A stretch of 64,000 nucleotides of DNA from a virus: IMG/VR virus record IMGVR_UViG_3300035053_000291; one strand, written 5' to 3'. A program made the position numbers and the translations under genes. The notes under the pieces are model-generated. The model saw nothing but the letters and a program-made list of their open reading frames with translations. It was not told the DNA's origin and searched no databases. Positions 1 through 10,069 of the stretch are shown one piece after another; the stretch's first letter is position 1, and the number at the start of each line of letters is the position of its first letter.

Positions 1-344
1 TATCTGGTCACTATCTCCCGGACATTTTCCTGATATTCATTGTTCTCCATCAGTTCTGATACGATGGTGCTGGTCATGGAATAATCCTTGATGTTTTCTG
101 CACTGGCGAACACCAATCCTTTGTATCCGATCAAATTCGTTAACTCGTCGATGAGGTCTTTTGCATCTTCCTGATATGCTGGTTCAGTGTTCTTGACCAC
201 ATGATCAAAATCTGCAGCGCCATGCTGACCGGTATGCTGATAGGATGAACAATTTCCGTTCAGGTCTGCTTTGATGTAGGGAAAAAGAGCGATGTGCTCT
301 CCCTTCGGCCATTTTCTTAATACGACAGTTGTCTGCTCTGCCAT
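1..344 (-). CDS. Hypothetical phage-type protein (runs off window edge), MAEQTTVVLRKWPKGEHIALFP...SYQHTGQHGAA
   Basis: Open frame read manually from ATG 344, GGAGG SD upstream; absent from ORF track. Confidence 0.7.
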   Translation of the reverse strand, partial: MAEQTTVVLRKWPKGEHIALFPYIKADLNGNCSSYQHTGQHGAADFDHVVKNTEPAYQEDAKDLIDELTNLIGYKGLVFASAENIKDYSMTSTIVSELMENNEYQENVREIVTR

Positions 345-346
345 GG

Positions 347-604
347 TTATTCCTCCCACGTTCCTTCATTGATTATGTTTTGTTCTTCCCATGCTTCTTG
401 AGCTTCCTCAAAACTTCGATATCCATTGTCCAGTTCTTCTCCGGTCTTTGCATCTACTATCATGAATATTGACTCTGGAGAAACGACCACTTCTGTGTCT
501 TCTCCTTGATATCCATTTAATTCAACAATTAAAACGTCTTTCATACTGACACTTACAGATAGTTTGCTCTCATTGTGCCAATCTTCCATTATATCTCCTC
601 CCAT
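347..604 (-). CDS. Hypothetical acidic protein
   Basis: ORF track, operon-like packing; true start probably ATG at 589. Confidence 0.65.
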   Translation of the reverse strand: MGGDIMEDWHNESKLSVSVSMKDVLIVELNGYQGEDTEVVVSPESIFMIVDAKTGEELDNGYRSFEEAQEAWEEQNIINEGTWEE

Positions 605-731
605 AAGTATTTCCTAAAAAGGGATCATGTGACGAAGTTAATGTGGCCTGAATGAATAGAAAAAATAATATCAATGCAATGCATAACATTATTGTTTTCA
701 AAAATTTCTTATCCATAATGGCTCTCCTCCA

Positions 732-980
732 TTATTCTTCTAATTCTCTTTTCTTTCGTTCTCTCAATGTCTTGGCAACCTGCATGAGTTTTCCAGCAAG
801 CATCTCTGCTTCTTCCGGAGTGAGTTCGCAATACTGGTTGCCTTCCTCATCCAATCTCAAACAGACGGCATGTAAGTCTGGGTCTGCTTCCACAATGTGG
901 TTAAGATACTTGGTCCAGGAAATAGTTGGTGTAATGCCTATTTCCCGGTCTACCTGTTTCAATCCTCGTATTGCCGTCAT
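732..980 (-). CDS. Hypothetical protein
   Basis: ORF directly downstream of dUTPase. Confidence 0.7.
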   Translation of the reverse strand: MTAIRGLKQVDREIGITPTISWTKYLNHIVEADPDLHAVCLRLDEEGNQYCELTPEEAEMLAGKLMQVAKTLRERKKRELEE

Positions 981-983
981 TTT

Positions 984-1433
984 TCATTCTCCGGTGCTTC
1001 CAATGCCGCCTTTCCTGACAGTTGTCGGTTTGTCATCAAAAGTATAGTATGGTATGATGAATCCTTGAGCAATGCGGTCTCCTCTTTTGATGGAGACTTT
1101 CTTGTGTCCTGTGTTCTTCAGGCAGATAGCGATGTTTCCGCCTGTTTTCTGGTTTGTCTCATCGCTGTAGTCCGGATCTATTTTGCCCTCAGTGTTCGCC
1201 AATTTGATATCTTTTTTTATTCCCATTGATGACCGTGGCACTATTTCCAAATGCAATCCTAACGGCATCACCACTTTGACATCTGTCCAGAAGATGTGTT
1301 TGGCACCTTGGTACAATGTCTTGTCTTCCATCGAGTGGAAATCATATCCTGCTGAACCTGCTGTTTGTCTTTGAGGGAGAATGACCTCTCCCTCGTGCTT
1401 TCTGAATTTTTGGTCCACTACTTCAAATGCCAT
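984..1433 (-). CDS. dut: dUTPase (trimeric)
   Basis: Motifs AGYDF, PRSSMG, GKIDPDY, RIAQG, RKGGIGSTG; start set at ATG 1433 because the upstream gene occupies 1439-1594. Confidence 0.95.
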   Translation of the reverse strand: MAFEVVDQKFRKHEGEVILPQRQTAGSAGYDFHSMEDKTLYQGAKHIFWTDVKVVMPLGLHLEIVPRSSMGIKKDIKLANTEGKIDPDYSDETNQKTGGNIAICLKNTGHKKVSIKRGDRIAQGFIIPYYTFDDKPTTVRKGGIGSTGE

Positions 1434-1438
1434 TGGTA

Positions 1439-1594
1439 TCACGTCCGCATTGGACACCATGTCGGGATGGTATCTTCATAGTATTCTTTCCGGTCTATTA
1501 TGCGATTGTTTGCCTTGCACCAGCACCTGTTTCCCACATCGCTGAAACTGGGGCAACAAGTGCAATTCCTTATGGTCATTGTTGGTTGTTGCAT
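1439..1594 (-). CDS. Small Cys-rich protein (51 aa; CTCCP...CWC...IPTWCP)
   Basis: Manual translation; start overlaps the end of the upstream ORF; below ORF-track cutoff. Confidence 0.65.
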   Translation of the reverse strand: MQQPTMTIRNCTCCPSFSDVGNRCWCKANNRIIDRKEYYEDTIPTWCPMRT

Positions 1595-1878
1595 TGTTCT
1601 TTTTCCTCCAAGAATTTAATCTGGTCTATCTTCTGCTGAGCAAAATACAGGTCTGCAAAGATGTGGTCTGATGCATCTAAGATGTCTTCGATGTTTTCTA
1701 CTTGTTTTCCATCTTCTTCCATGTCAAACCATTTGCCGTCTCGTTCTTCCAGGCCACTGTATTCTTCAAAATTCCTGATCTCGTCTTTCCAGTTATAATC
1801 AATGATTCTATTAACATGGAAATATAACTGGTCCAACAGATTGTTCTTGACGTTCTCTTCCATGATTATTCCTCCCAA
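1576..1878 (-). CDS. Hypothetical protein
   Basis: ORF track, GGAGG SD. Confidence 0.7.
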   Translation of the reverse strand: MGGIIMEENVKNNLLDQLYFHVNRIIDYNWKDEIRNFEEYSGLEERDGKWFDMEEDGKQVENIEDILDASDHIFADLYFAQQKIDQIKFLEEKEQCNNQQ

Positions 1879-1882
1879 AAAA

Positions 1883-2158
1883 TCAGATGAAGGGGAAGTG
1901 CATTCCTTCCTTCTTCATCACTTCTGCCAGTTTCCTACAGGCTTTTCCTGTTGCTTCGTTTCGCCCATCGAAATACTCCTTCTCCGCTTGGATGTGGATG
2001 TATTCGGCAACCAATCGCATGAACGATTGCTGCAAGGTCGGATGGGTGTTGGCCAGCTGTTCGGCGACAGCTGACTCATTAAATCCGTAATTGTTCAACA
2101 CTGATTCGATAGTGTTGAAATCTTTCTTGGCACGGTCTGAAAGTGCCATATGCATCAC
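1883..2158 (-). CDS. Hypothetical protein
   Basis: ORF track, GGTGA SD. Confidence 0.7.
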   Translation of the reverse strand: MMHMALSDRAKKDFNTIESVLNNYGFNESAVAEQLANTHPTLQQSFMRLVAEYIHIQAEKEYFDGRNEATGKACRKLAEVMKKEGMHFPFI

Positions 2159-2162
2159 CTCT

Positions 2163-2936
2163 TCAGTCGTTTCTGATCAGCGGTGCGATGATGTAATCGA
2201 CGGAAAGCTGCTCCTCTTCAAAACTATAGGATATCTTTATTGGATTATCCTTGGAGAATCCCACCGTCACCGTTCCGCTGCTGTCTGCTTCCTTCAATGC
2301 CGACTGGATGAATTCGATACTATACATGGAAATATCTTTTCCTGTGGTATCGTAATACGCCAGCTCATCGTCCTTTCTCATGGTTGCCAGAAAATCACTT
2401 GAATGCTCTTGAGATCTGAGCAACAGTTTCTCCGGTTTCGCCTCGAAGATGATCTTGTCATCCACTTGGTTAGCCGCTTTCAATCCCATGGTCAGCAGGC
2501 TTGCTTTGATGTCCAAGTTGGTGGCCAAAGCAAGTTTTGGCACCCTCGGAGATTTAAAGGATGCTAAATCCAACAGAGGTAATCTTCGTCTGATGATACC
2601 GAATTCGACCTTTAACAAATTCACTCCGTTTTCTTTTGACAAGGTGACGATGTCATCTGCATTCGCCAGTCTCAACACATCCTTCAATCCGTTCTTGACG
2701 GTTCCAAATGATTTCAGGTCCACACCGATCTCTGTCTTTCTGGCCTTGAACTCTTCACACAGTTCCGGCTTCAACACCACTGAAACCACGACATTGAGAC
2801 CGGGGTTGTTCATGTCTGTCTTCAATCCATCTTCGTCGATGATCAATTTCGCATCCTGTGATACTTCTACGATCGAATCGACGATCTTCTTCAAAATACT
2901 GGCTTTTACTTTTATTTCAAATTCGTTTTTGTTCAT
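2163..2936 (-). CDS. pcn: DNA polymerase sliding clamp (PCNA), Thermoplasmata-like, divergent
   Basis: PCNA pattern (KKIVDSI..DAKLIIDEDGL, EIGVDL, DNPIKISY, DYIIAP); ATG 2936 follows GGAGG. Confidence 0.9.
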   Translation of the reverse strand: MNKNEFEIKVKASILKKIVDSIVEVSQDAKLIIDEDGLKTDMNNPGLNVVVSVVLKPELCEEFKARKTEIGVDLKSFGTVKNGLKDVLRLANADDIVTLSKENGVNLLKVEFGIIRRRLPLLDLASFKSPRVPKLALATNLDIKASLLTMGLKAANQVDDKIIFEAKPEKLLLRSQEHSSDFLATMRKDDELAYYDTTGKDISMYSIEFIQSALKEADSSGTVTVGFSKDNPIKISYSFEEEQLSVDYIIAPLIRND

Positions 2937-2974
2937 TGCACATTTTCCTCCTTTTTTTTCTTGCTCTGCCATGC

Positions 2975-3520
2975 TCATGCCAAGAGTCGTTCCCATGAAC
3001 GCTTCTCCTGACTTGCCTTATCTATGTATTGGGTCCACTTCGGTTTGCCCAATTCCATCTCTAATGCCTTTGCCGCCCTCTCGCTGATATCAGCGGGTTG
3101 ACGTTTGAACAGGTTCTTCAATGACCGCTTGGCCTTCACCTGCTCCAATTGCTGTTCTGCGGATTTTAATGCTTCTCGCATCACGGCAACATCCTTCTCC
3201 GCAGCCTCTCTTTTCTCTTCCAGGTCCATTCTGACCCGTTCGACTTCCTCATCACCCTGACTGAATGTCTGAAGGAAATCTTCTACATTTATGTAGAAGT
3301 AATCGGGTAATTTAATGTTTGTGGTCTCAGACACTTTTTCGTAGAATATCTCACAGAACAATATCCCGACCAAAAACGAAACGGTGAACGGCCATGCCTG
3401 GATGAGGAACACCACGAGAGCCATGGCAAATGCGATAGCCGCCAGGATGAATATCAGTTTGAAGATGAAGGCCAAGATGCCTTCTCCCATGTTATTGAAT
3501 GCGTTGATGACGGCTCCCAT
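2975..3520 (-). CDS. Membrane protein with coiled coil
   Basis: Two N-terminal hydrophobic helices and a heptad-rich C-half. Confidence 0.75.
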   Translation of the reverse strand: MGAVINAFNNMGEGILAFIFKLIFILAAIAFAMALVVFLIQAWPFTVSFLVGILFCEIFYEKVSETTNIKLPDYFYINVEDFLQTFSQGDEEVERVRMDLEEKREAAEKDVAVMREALKSAEQQLEQVKAKRSLKNLFKRQPADISERAAKALEMELGKPKWTQYIDKASQEKRSWERLLA

Positions 3521-3765
3521 TATTCTCTAGCCTCCGCTTGCGACTTGTCTATGATCTTTTCTATCTTGATCAGTTTCCTGTTGAACTGCTTCCGATACTT
3601 CTCATGTTCCTTCCGCAGGGATTTGATAGAGTCATTATGCTCCTGCTTCATCTTCTGTATCTCTTGTATCTGCTTGCCTTCCCGGAACTTTAATACCAGA
3701 AGACCTGCAGCATACAGGAGTAAAGGGCCTCCGACGAGACCCAATAATATCCCTGCAATGATCAT
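3520..3765 (-). CDS. Small membrane-anchored coiled-coil protein
   Basis: N-terminal TM helix; coupled to neighbours. Confidence 0.75.
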   Translation of the reverse strand: MIIAGILLGLVGGPLLLYAAGLLVLKFREGKQIQEIQKMKQEHNDSIKSLRKEHEKYRKQFNRKLIKIEKIIDKSQAEARE

Positions 3766-3790
3766 TCCTATGATTTACATACCTCCTTTC

Positions 3791-5455
3791 TCACATCATT
3801 TCTTTTGCTTTCTGCAGACGGGAATCCTCACTGATGGATTGTGCTTCATCGAAGATATCCAATAACCGGTTATCATTGGACAGTTGTCGGGCTTGATTCT
3901 TGATGTGTTCCTGTAATTCAGCATTTGCTTCCTGGTCCACATTGAACGTGGCCAGTATCTCTTCGAAATCCTGCATGGTGATCGGTCTTACTCTCCCGTC
4001 TTTCTGAATGGAATCCTTCATCACATGCTTCGCGGTTCTGATGACCAATTGTTCGATGTCTGAACCACTCCACATGTATGTATGGCTGTTGTTGGCCAAT
4101 GTCTCAAAGGAGATATCGCCAGCCAGCGGCAGATTTCGTTTTATCCTGGTGTGAATCTTGAATATCTCCTTTCGTGCCTCTTCATTCGGATAGGGAACCG
4201 GGGCGATACTGTCGATTCTCCCTGTTCTTCTCATGGCTTCATCGATGTCCTCGATACGATTGGTGCAACCCACGAAGAACCATCTCCGATTCTCATCACC
4301 AAGTTTCTCCAAGAACATGCTGAAGATCTCCCGATGCACCTGTGCGCCACTGTCTCCACCGCCAGATGACCGTTTAGCCATCCGGTCCAGTTCATCTACA
4401 AACACGATTGCAGGAGCTAGACTGTCCGCTATCTTGAACGCTCGCTTCAATGACCGTTCACTTTCACCGACATATTTGCTCATGAAGTTCTCCTGCTTGA
4501 TGGTGAGCACGCTCATGTTCATCTCCCGGCTCATCGCCTTGGTCATGATGGTCTTTCCCGTTCCCGGAGGGCCGAACAGGATGACTCCTCTTGGCTGATC
4601 CATCCCATATTGTTTAGCGATGTCAGGATGCCTCAATGGAAGGATGATGTCATTTCTCAACCGGGTCTTCAATGCATCATAACCGCCAATGGCCTCAAAC
4701 CCGAACTTCGGGCGCTGGATGATGTCCAACACCGGGTCTTTCCCGATCAATTGTTCTTTGGTGTGAGATACTGCATCCAAATCGATCTTGTTGTATCTGA
4801 CCAATGATTCAATGAGTGTAGCATCGATCTGGTCCAGATTCATCCCGGACAGCAACCGCACTGCTGCTTTCTTCTGCTCTTCATCAAGCCGGTTTGCGGT
4901 TCCCATCACCTGTTCATCATCCTCGATCATCCGCTGCCGTTCATCCGGTAATGATTTGGGGACATCGACCACTTTCATCTTACTCCAGACTGATTGCGGA
5001 AGAATGCTGATGTCCTCTGTGAACACCAAAACCGTGGAATCAGCGAAACGCAAGGTATCACTGCTCGACCAGGAAAGCAATGCACTGTTGATGCTGTCAT
5101 TGGTCTTTAACAGGTTCTGGATGACCAAAACCGTGTCTCCTTTTTCTAATTCCTGACTGACTTTTGGAAGGAGTTTCTTGATGCCTCCACCATATTTCTT
5201 GGCATCAGCGATCGGTTCAACCTTCCATCCGTCTCCTGCTGCTTTCTTTACTTCCCTGAGTCCTTCCCAACTATCCAACAACAGCCAACGTTCTCTGGCA
5301 GCACTGCCATTCTTTTTGATGATGATCGGTTTTGGATGATTGGCCTTCATCACTGAAAGGATCTCACTTATCCGTTTGCAGTCATCTGTCTGCACGATGA
5401 TCCCATTGGAATATAGGGATCGCCGCTGAATGCTTACTTCTTCAATCCAATTCAT
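3791..5455 (-). CDS. AAA+ ATPase, Cdc48/Ycf46-like (degenerate N-terminal plus active C-terminal AAA)
   Basis: GPPGTGKT, pore loop KYVGESE, VFVDELD, SRH TNRIEDIDEAMRRTGRID. Confidence 0.9.
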   Translation of the reverse strand: MNWIEEVSIQRRSLYSNGIIVQTDDCKRISEILSVMKANHPKPIIIKKNGSAARERWLLLDSWEGLREVKKAAGDGWKVEPIADAKKYGGGIKKLLPKVSQELEKGDTVLVIQNLLKTNDSINSALLSWSSSDTLRFADSTVLVFTEDISILPQSVWSKMKVVDVPKSLPDERQRMIEDDEQVMGTANRLDEEQKKAAVRLLSGMNLDQIDATLIESLVRYNKIDLDAVSHTKEQLIGKDPVLDIIQRPKFGFEAIGGYDALKTRLRNDIILPLRHPDIAKQYGMDQPRGVILFGPPGTGKTIMTKAMSREMNMSVLTIKQENFMSKYVGESERSLKRAFKIADSLAPAIVFVDELDRMAKRSSGGGDSGAQVHREIFSMFLEKLGDENRRWFFVGCTNRIEDIDEAMRRTGRIDSIAPVPYPNEEARKEIFKIHTRIKRNLPLAGDISFETLANNSHTYMWSGSDIEQLVIRTAKHVMKDSIQKDGRVRPITMQDFEEILATFNVDQEANAELQEHIKNQARQLSNDNRLLDIFDEAQSISEDSRLQKAKEMM

Positions 5456-5458
5456 TGT

Positions 5459-5662
5459 TCATGCCTCCTTTTCATATATTGCTTCAAAGGTGAGACCAGA
5501 GGTTTCTAATCCCCAGACCCATCCTTTTTCCTTCAACTCTTCTTCGGTGAAGACGTCTTGCGGTACTTGACTTTCCATAAGAAAATCTATGATGTCGTCC
5601 TGGTCGCCAAACCATTCATAAGTATCATCATAGGGGTCAGTTATCTTGTAGACAATCACCAT
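5459..5662 (-). CDS. Hypothetical protein
   Basis: ORF track, SD. Confidence 0.65.
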   Translation of the reverse strand: MVIVYKITDPYDDTYEWFGDQDDIIDFLMESQVPQDVFTEEELKEKGWVWGLETSGLTFEAIYEKEA

Positions 5663-5675
5663 TGTCGTTCCTCCT

Positions 5676-6194
5676 CTATCCTAACAGTTTATACTTCTTC
5701 TTAGGATATTTTTGCTTGATGTATTGTTCAACTCGTTCTTTGGTTATCCCTGGTTTCTTCTTTATCACTTGATAATTGTCCGTTCCAATATCATCTCCTA
5801 TCTGGAAGAGATAATTCTTTTTTGTTAATTTTTGAAATTCATATTTGTCTATTAATTCCCCGACAAACATATCAACTGATACTTTCATCTCATGGTCTTT
5901 CCCTCCCAGATCTATTGTTTCTGATGGAAAGGTCTCAACCAATTCATAGAATTTTTTCTCTTCCGGTGTTCCTTTGAAGGTGTGCTTCTCCCCTTGTCGG
6001 GTAATAACATGAATGTCTACCTCTTCTTTATTGCGGTCATTCCATTCATATAAAAAGTCTCCTCCGCTGCCTTCATCGATTACAAAAGCGACTTTCTTGT
6101 TCTTTCTATATAGGCTGGCGTTGAATCCTTCTCCTTCCATTCCTTGGAAGGTTTTGACATTCTTCACGCTATAGTCTTCTTTTTTAACAGTCAT
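5676..6194 (-). CDS. Hypothetical phage-type protein
   Basis: ORF track, GGAGG SD. Confidence 0.75.
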   Translation of the reverse strand: MTVKKEDYSVKNVKTFQGMEGEGFNASLYRKNKKVAFVIDEGSGGDFLYEWNDRNKEEVDIHVITRQGEKHTFKGTPEEKKFYELVETFPSETIDLGGKDHEMKVSVDMFVGELIDKYEFQKLTKKNYLFQIGDDIGTDNYQVIKKKPGITKERVEQYIKQKYPKKKYKLLG

Positions 6195-6239
6195 TTTATT
6201 CCTCCTTAATGCTTCAAAAAATGCTACTGGACAGTTGTC

Positions 6240-6530
6240 CTATTTTTCTTTTTTATCCCATTCTTCTTCCATTCGTCTCACGCCACTTTCATTCCATAAT
6301 TTCCTGGCTTGTACCAACAAAGAATCTATTTTTTCTTTTTCTATCTCATTTAGATGTCTTCCTGCCGTACCGACTGCATCAAGAATGACAAACCATCTTG
6401 ATTCTGGTAAATTACCAGAATCAATTTCTTTGAATATTCTTTTTTTATCTGAGCCAAGTTCTTCATCGTCAATCCCGAAATCAATTGCTTTTTTCAAAAT
6501 TCTTCCCTGTTCCTCACTTATTTTTATCAT
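6240..6530 (-). CDS. Hypothetical protein (AT-rich)
   Basis: ORF track, SD; stop immediately followed by GACAACTGTC. Confidence 0.7.
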   Translation of the reverse strand: MIKISEEQGRILKKAIDFGIDDEELGSDKKRIFKEIDSGNLPESRWFVILDAVGTAGRHLNEIEKEKIDSLLVQARKLWNESGVRRMEEEWDKKEK

Positions 6531-6737
6531 GTTTTTTATACCTCCTATTTTTGGTTTCTTTGAATGTGAACTTATTCTTTGGTTCTCTTTCTTTCTTTCT
6601 TTTTTTCTATGATGATACTGGTGTATGTGCCTGTTTTTTCTTTCAAAAGATCTACTGCATCCCCAAGAATCTGTTCTACTTCCATCTGACTGTCTGTGAA
6701 GACTAATGCATTTACCTTGATCATTCTTTTTTTCATA

Positions 6738-7235
6738 TTATTTCACCTCCGGCAATCCAAATTCTTCGTAGAAGAACTCTAATGCTTCCCGTGCTTTGGC
6801 AAGATTTTCATCTTCCATGATGTTCTCCATGATGCCATCTACATGTTCATAGATATTCTGTCTAAAAGCATCAGTGGCATGGACGATGCCCTTTCTATCG
6901 ACGCAGAAGGGTATCGGTGCCTGGTCCTTCACATGTTGTTCTTGGACAGTTGTCCATATCTTTTTCCTGATGTCTTCTATCTGTTTGTAGAGAAAATCGA
7001 TGGCATCCTGGTATTCCTGGATGTCTTTATCATAGTCACGGTCCTGTTTTATGGACGCAGTGTATTCTTCACCGCATTCCGTGCACTTTCCATCTGCACC
7101 GATCTCTCCTTCTCCACAGACGGAACAGATAGGTGTCATACAGTTGGAACACACAGACCCTGTTGGTGATAATTCCGTGTCTTTCAATGATGCTCTGAGA
7201 TTTGCCCCGCAAACCGGGCATTCGACATATCCCAT
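6738..7235 (-). CDS. Zn-ribbon protein (four CxxC pairs)
   Basis: CPVC, CSNC, CSVC, CTEC. Confidence 0.75.
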   Translation of the reverse strand: MGYVECPVCGANLRASLKDTELSPTGSVCSNCMTPICSVCGEGEIGADGKCTECGEEYTASIKQDRDYDKDIQEYQDAIDFLYKQIEDIRKKIWTTVQEQHVKDQAPIPFCVDRKGIVHATDAFRQNIYEHVDGIMENIMEDENLAKAREALEFFYEEFGLPEVK

Positions 7236-7413
7236 AATTATTCCTCCCTGTACACATATTTCGGGATGGTGCCAGAAATCTTAAATGACACATTCTCTCC
7301 CTTGATCTTATCAATCAAGCGGAATCCTTTTTCCAATGCTTTCTCAAGATAATTCTTAGATCCCGTATGATATATTTCTCCATTTTTTTCTAAAAGATAA
7401 TACATCTTAGTCA

Positions 7414-7797
7414 TTATTCATCGCCTCTTTCTTGAATTTCTATGTCAACTATCTCATGGATATCATTCCATGATGCGCCACAATCCTCGCAGTTAACTGG
7501 CTGATACAGACCTTCCCCTTCATATGGTGAAGCAGAGATGTTCTGCGAACCGCAGAAGGGGCACCTGACGGCACGATGGTCGATGTATTCAAACGATCTT
7601 CGTTCATCGTCTGAAAGGGTATCCAACCATTCGTCACGGCAGAATTCTTTCCATTCATTGTCATAGTATTCGTTGAGGCAGACCGGTTTCCAGCCTTCCT
7701 CATAGCGATCTTCATCATTGGCATCTTGGATGTACTCGTCATAAGATTGGATCAATGCTTCAAATTCCATTCGTGGCAGGTCTTTTGGTATGGGCAT
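7414..7797 (-). CDS. Zn-ribbon protein
   Basis: CPFCGS...CEDCGASW. Confidence 0.75.
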   Translation of the reverse strand: MPIPKDLPRMEFEALIQSYDEYIQDANDEDRYEEGWKPVCLNEYYDNEWKEFCRDEWLDTLSDDERRSFEYIDHRAVRCPFCGSQNISASPYEGEGLYQPVNCEDCGASWNDIHEIVDIEIQERGDE

Positions 7798-7799
7798 GT

Positions 7800-8126
7800 T
7801 CAGTCCTCCGCTTCCTTTTCATCATCGAATTTTTTCATTGATATGTTCGTTTCCATGTGTTTTTTTTCCGTTGCAGATTTCATGAAAGAATCAGTGATCA
7901 ATTCTCTCACCGTTTTGATCCTTTTTTGTGCTTCTTGCGTGTCTAGTTCACTATGTTTTGTTTCTATGGTCCATGTTGTTCCTGCTTTGACTGTTTCAAC
8001 GGTTATCCGCCAATACTCTTCTTCGCATTGTATCTGGTGTATGGTTTCTAATATTTCTTTGAAAGCATAGTAGTTATCTCCGTCCTCATCATCCAATCTA
8101 ATTTTGTATTTTATCTCTGTAAACAT
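7800..8126 (-). CDS. Hypothetical protein
   Basis: ORF track, tight packing. Confidence 0.7.
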   Translation of the reverse strand: MFTEIKYKIRLDDEDGDNYYAFKEILETIHQIQCEEEYWRITVETVKAGTTWTIETKHSELDTQEAQKRIKTVRELITDSFMKSATEKKHMETNISMKKFDDEKEAED

Positions 8127-8128
8127 GT

Positions 8129-8431
8129 TTATCCCTCATATATCTCCCATTCTTTCTGACAGTTGTCGCAATGATAATATGGCGGGTCTTCCGTGTGGGT
8201 CTTTTCTCCACAAGCCGGGCAACACACCGTAGCTGGTGCCATCGCCGTTTCTGGCAATGGATCATCCAGTATCTTCCTGTATTCCATTTCTGTCAGGTTT
8301 CCTTCATTGAGATTGATCTTTGCTTTGATTATGCGGGATAATCGTTCAACCTCGTCTCCATTCAATGGTTCTTCAGTGCCGTCCTTGTATTCATCTATCA
8401 ACGGCTGAATGTGGTCCATCCAATCATTCAT
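8129..8431 (-). CDS. Zn-ribbon protein
   Basis: CPACG...CDNC at C-terminus. Confidence 0.7.
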   Translation of the reverse strand: MNDWMDHIQPLIDEYKDGTEEPLNGDEVERLSRIIKAKINLNEGNLTEMEYRKILDDPLPETAMAPATVCCPACGEKTHTEDPPYYHCDNCQKEWEIYEG

Positions 8432-8447
8432 TGTTTATTCCTCCTAA

Positions 8448-8654
8448 TCAATCATTTTTAATGATCCATTCTCTTTTCTTTCCATTTCTTTTCTGAACGC
8501 CGATGAATGACATCTCCTTCATCAGGCCCCCATACTTATCCAACGCTTGTTTTTTGTACTGATACCGTTTAAGCGCTTCCTCTTTCGGCAACTGTTGCTC
8601 TACCGGATTGCGAAATGCTAAGATCTCACAATAAAAATATGTTGATTCACTCAA
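8448..8654 (-). CDS. Hypothetical protein
   Basis: ORF track. Confidence 0.55.
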   Translation of the reverse strand: MSESTYFYCEILAFRNPVEQQLPKEEALKRYQYKKQALDKYGGLMKEMSFIGVQKRNGKKREWIIKND

Positions 8655-8658
8655 AAAA

Positions 8659-9036
8659 TCATCTCCTTCTTATTTCATTCTTCCAGTTCTTGCCGATTAT
8701 GAATTCAACAGAATCCCACTCTCTCACTGGATAGTTGTCATCAATCATCCTGAAGAATTCATCTTCTTCTTTTGTTGCTTCACTGAGACTATCGGTTGCT
8801 ATATGGTAAAGGAAAAAGGTGCGCTCGTAGGTGACTGGGGACATGTATTCTTCCATGATGAGGACATCTGTCCCCATATGGATTCCATGATATGTGAAGT
8901 AATATTCATCATCCACTTCTGAATCTTCTTTAATTCCTTCTTCCTCTCCTGCGATCAGTTCCGTGTCGAATCCTTCTCTGAATTCTTCCAATTGTTCGAT
9001 CTGTTTCTGTATCTTCTTTCTGAGTTCAGGTTCCAT
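8659..9036 (-). CDS. Hypothetical acidic protein
   Basis: ORF track, SD. Confidence 0.7.
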   Translation of the reverse strand: MEPELRKKIQKQIEQLEEFREGFDTELIAGEEEGIKEDSEVDDEYYFTYHGIHMGTDVLIMEEYMSPVTYERTFFLYHIATDSLSEATKEEDEFFRMIDDNYPVREWDSVEFIIGKNWKNEIRRR

Positions 9037-9046
9037 TTTTTCTCCC

Positions 9047-9229
9047 TCACTCGGTTCCCACTATTCTGACTTCTCCAAATAGATTATATCCGCTGTCCCC
9101 TTGGTTGCTCACTTCTATATGAGAGGCCCAGTAGTTCTCTTTACCATCATCCTTTTCTTGGATGACTCTGACGTCCAGTGTCTTGTCTTCTATTTTTTCT
9201 AATTCTGCTATCATTTCTTCGACATTCAT
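9047..9229 (-). CDS. Hypothetical protein
   Basis: ORF track, GGAGG SD. Confidence 0.7.
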   Translation of the reverse strand: MNVEEMIAELEKIEDKTLDVRVIQEKDDGKENYWASHIEVSNQGDSGYNLFGEVRIVGTE

Positions 9230-9231
9230 TT

Positions 9232-9558
9232 TTATTCCTCCAGATAGTTTTCTTCAAACAATTCTCTTAATGCCATCCAATCAGCATCAGACAGTTCACC
9301 CATCTTGAGTGAAAGATATTCCATCTCATCATCAGTGATGGAATCTAATCGTTCTTTCACTTTCACAAGAATAGGATCATCTCCCCCATATCCATCAATG
9401 AATGCCTGAAGGACATCTTCCTTGCTCCAAGCAATACAATGGTAGAATCCTTCATATCTTTCCAATACTTGCTGGATGAAATACTTCGCTCCTTCTGTAT
9501 CTCCTTTTTCGATTGAGGCTATGGCTGCCGCTAATCGCTTCTTATCTTCGTTATACAA
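9232..9558 (-). CDS. Hypothetical protein
   Basis: ORF track. Confidence 0.7.
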   Translation of the reverse strand: MYNEDKKRLAAAIASIEKGDTEGAKYFIQQVLERYEGFYHCIAWSKEDVLQAFIDGYGGDDPILVKVKERLDSITDDEMEYLSLKMGELSDADWMALRELFEENYLEE

Positions 9559-9573
9559 AAAATCACGCTCCTT

Positions 9574-10023
9574 TCAGTATTGTTCTTCTTTCCAATCCCA
9601 TTTGTCCAGGTCTTCTACGACTTGCTGTTCGATTTCTCTCCATTCTTTTTGGGAAATCCATGCTGGTCTTTCGGAAAGGATATCGCTTCCTTTCCCTCCA
9701 ACGCCATCTTCTTCAATAGAGACCTCATACTGGATGGACAGTGGAATCTTTATGATATAATCTATCTCAGCAATCACGGTTCCTTCCCATTTCTTGTGGA
9801 TACTTCTTCTTCCAAAATCTCGTTCCTCATGGTCGACTGTCATCTCCACATCCTTGTCGATGACGTCTGCAACCTCATGGAAGTCCATATCCTGAATCAT
9901 CTTCTTTTTCTGATACAGGTCTTTCTTCAATTCGACCAATTCCTGGTAGATGACGGCCTCGTCGCCACTTTCCATCAGGTCTTGTACTTCCTGGAGAATG
10001 GTTTTCTCTACTTCAGGTTCCAT
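9574..10023 (-). CDS. Hypothetical acidic protein
   Basis: ORF track, SD. Confidence 0.7.
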   Translation of the reverse strand: MEPEVEKTILQEVQDLMESGDEAVIYQELVELKKDLYQKKKMIQDMDFHEVADVIDKDVEMTVDHEERDFGRRSIHKKWEGTVIAEIDYIIKIPLSIQYEVSIEEDGVGGKGSDILSERPAWISQKEWREIEQQVVEDLDKWDWKEEQY

Positions 10024-10069
10024 TTCTATGCCTCCTAAATCAAGCCAAAATCTATGTTTATTTTAGGTT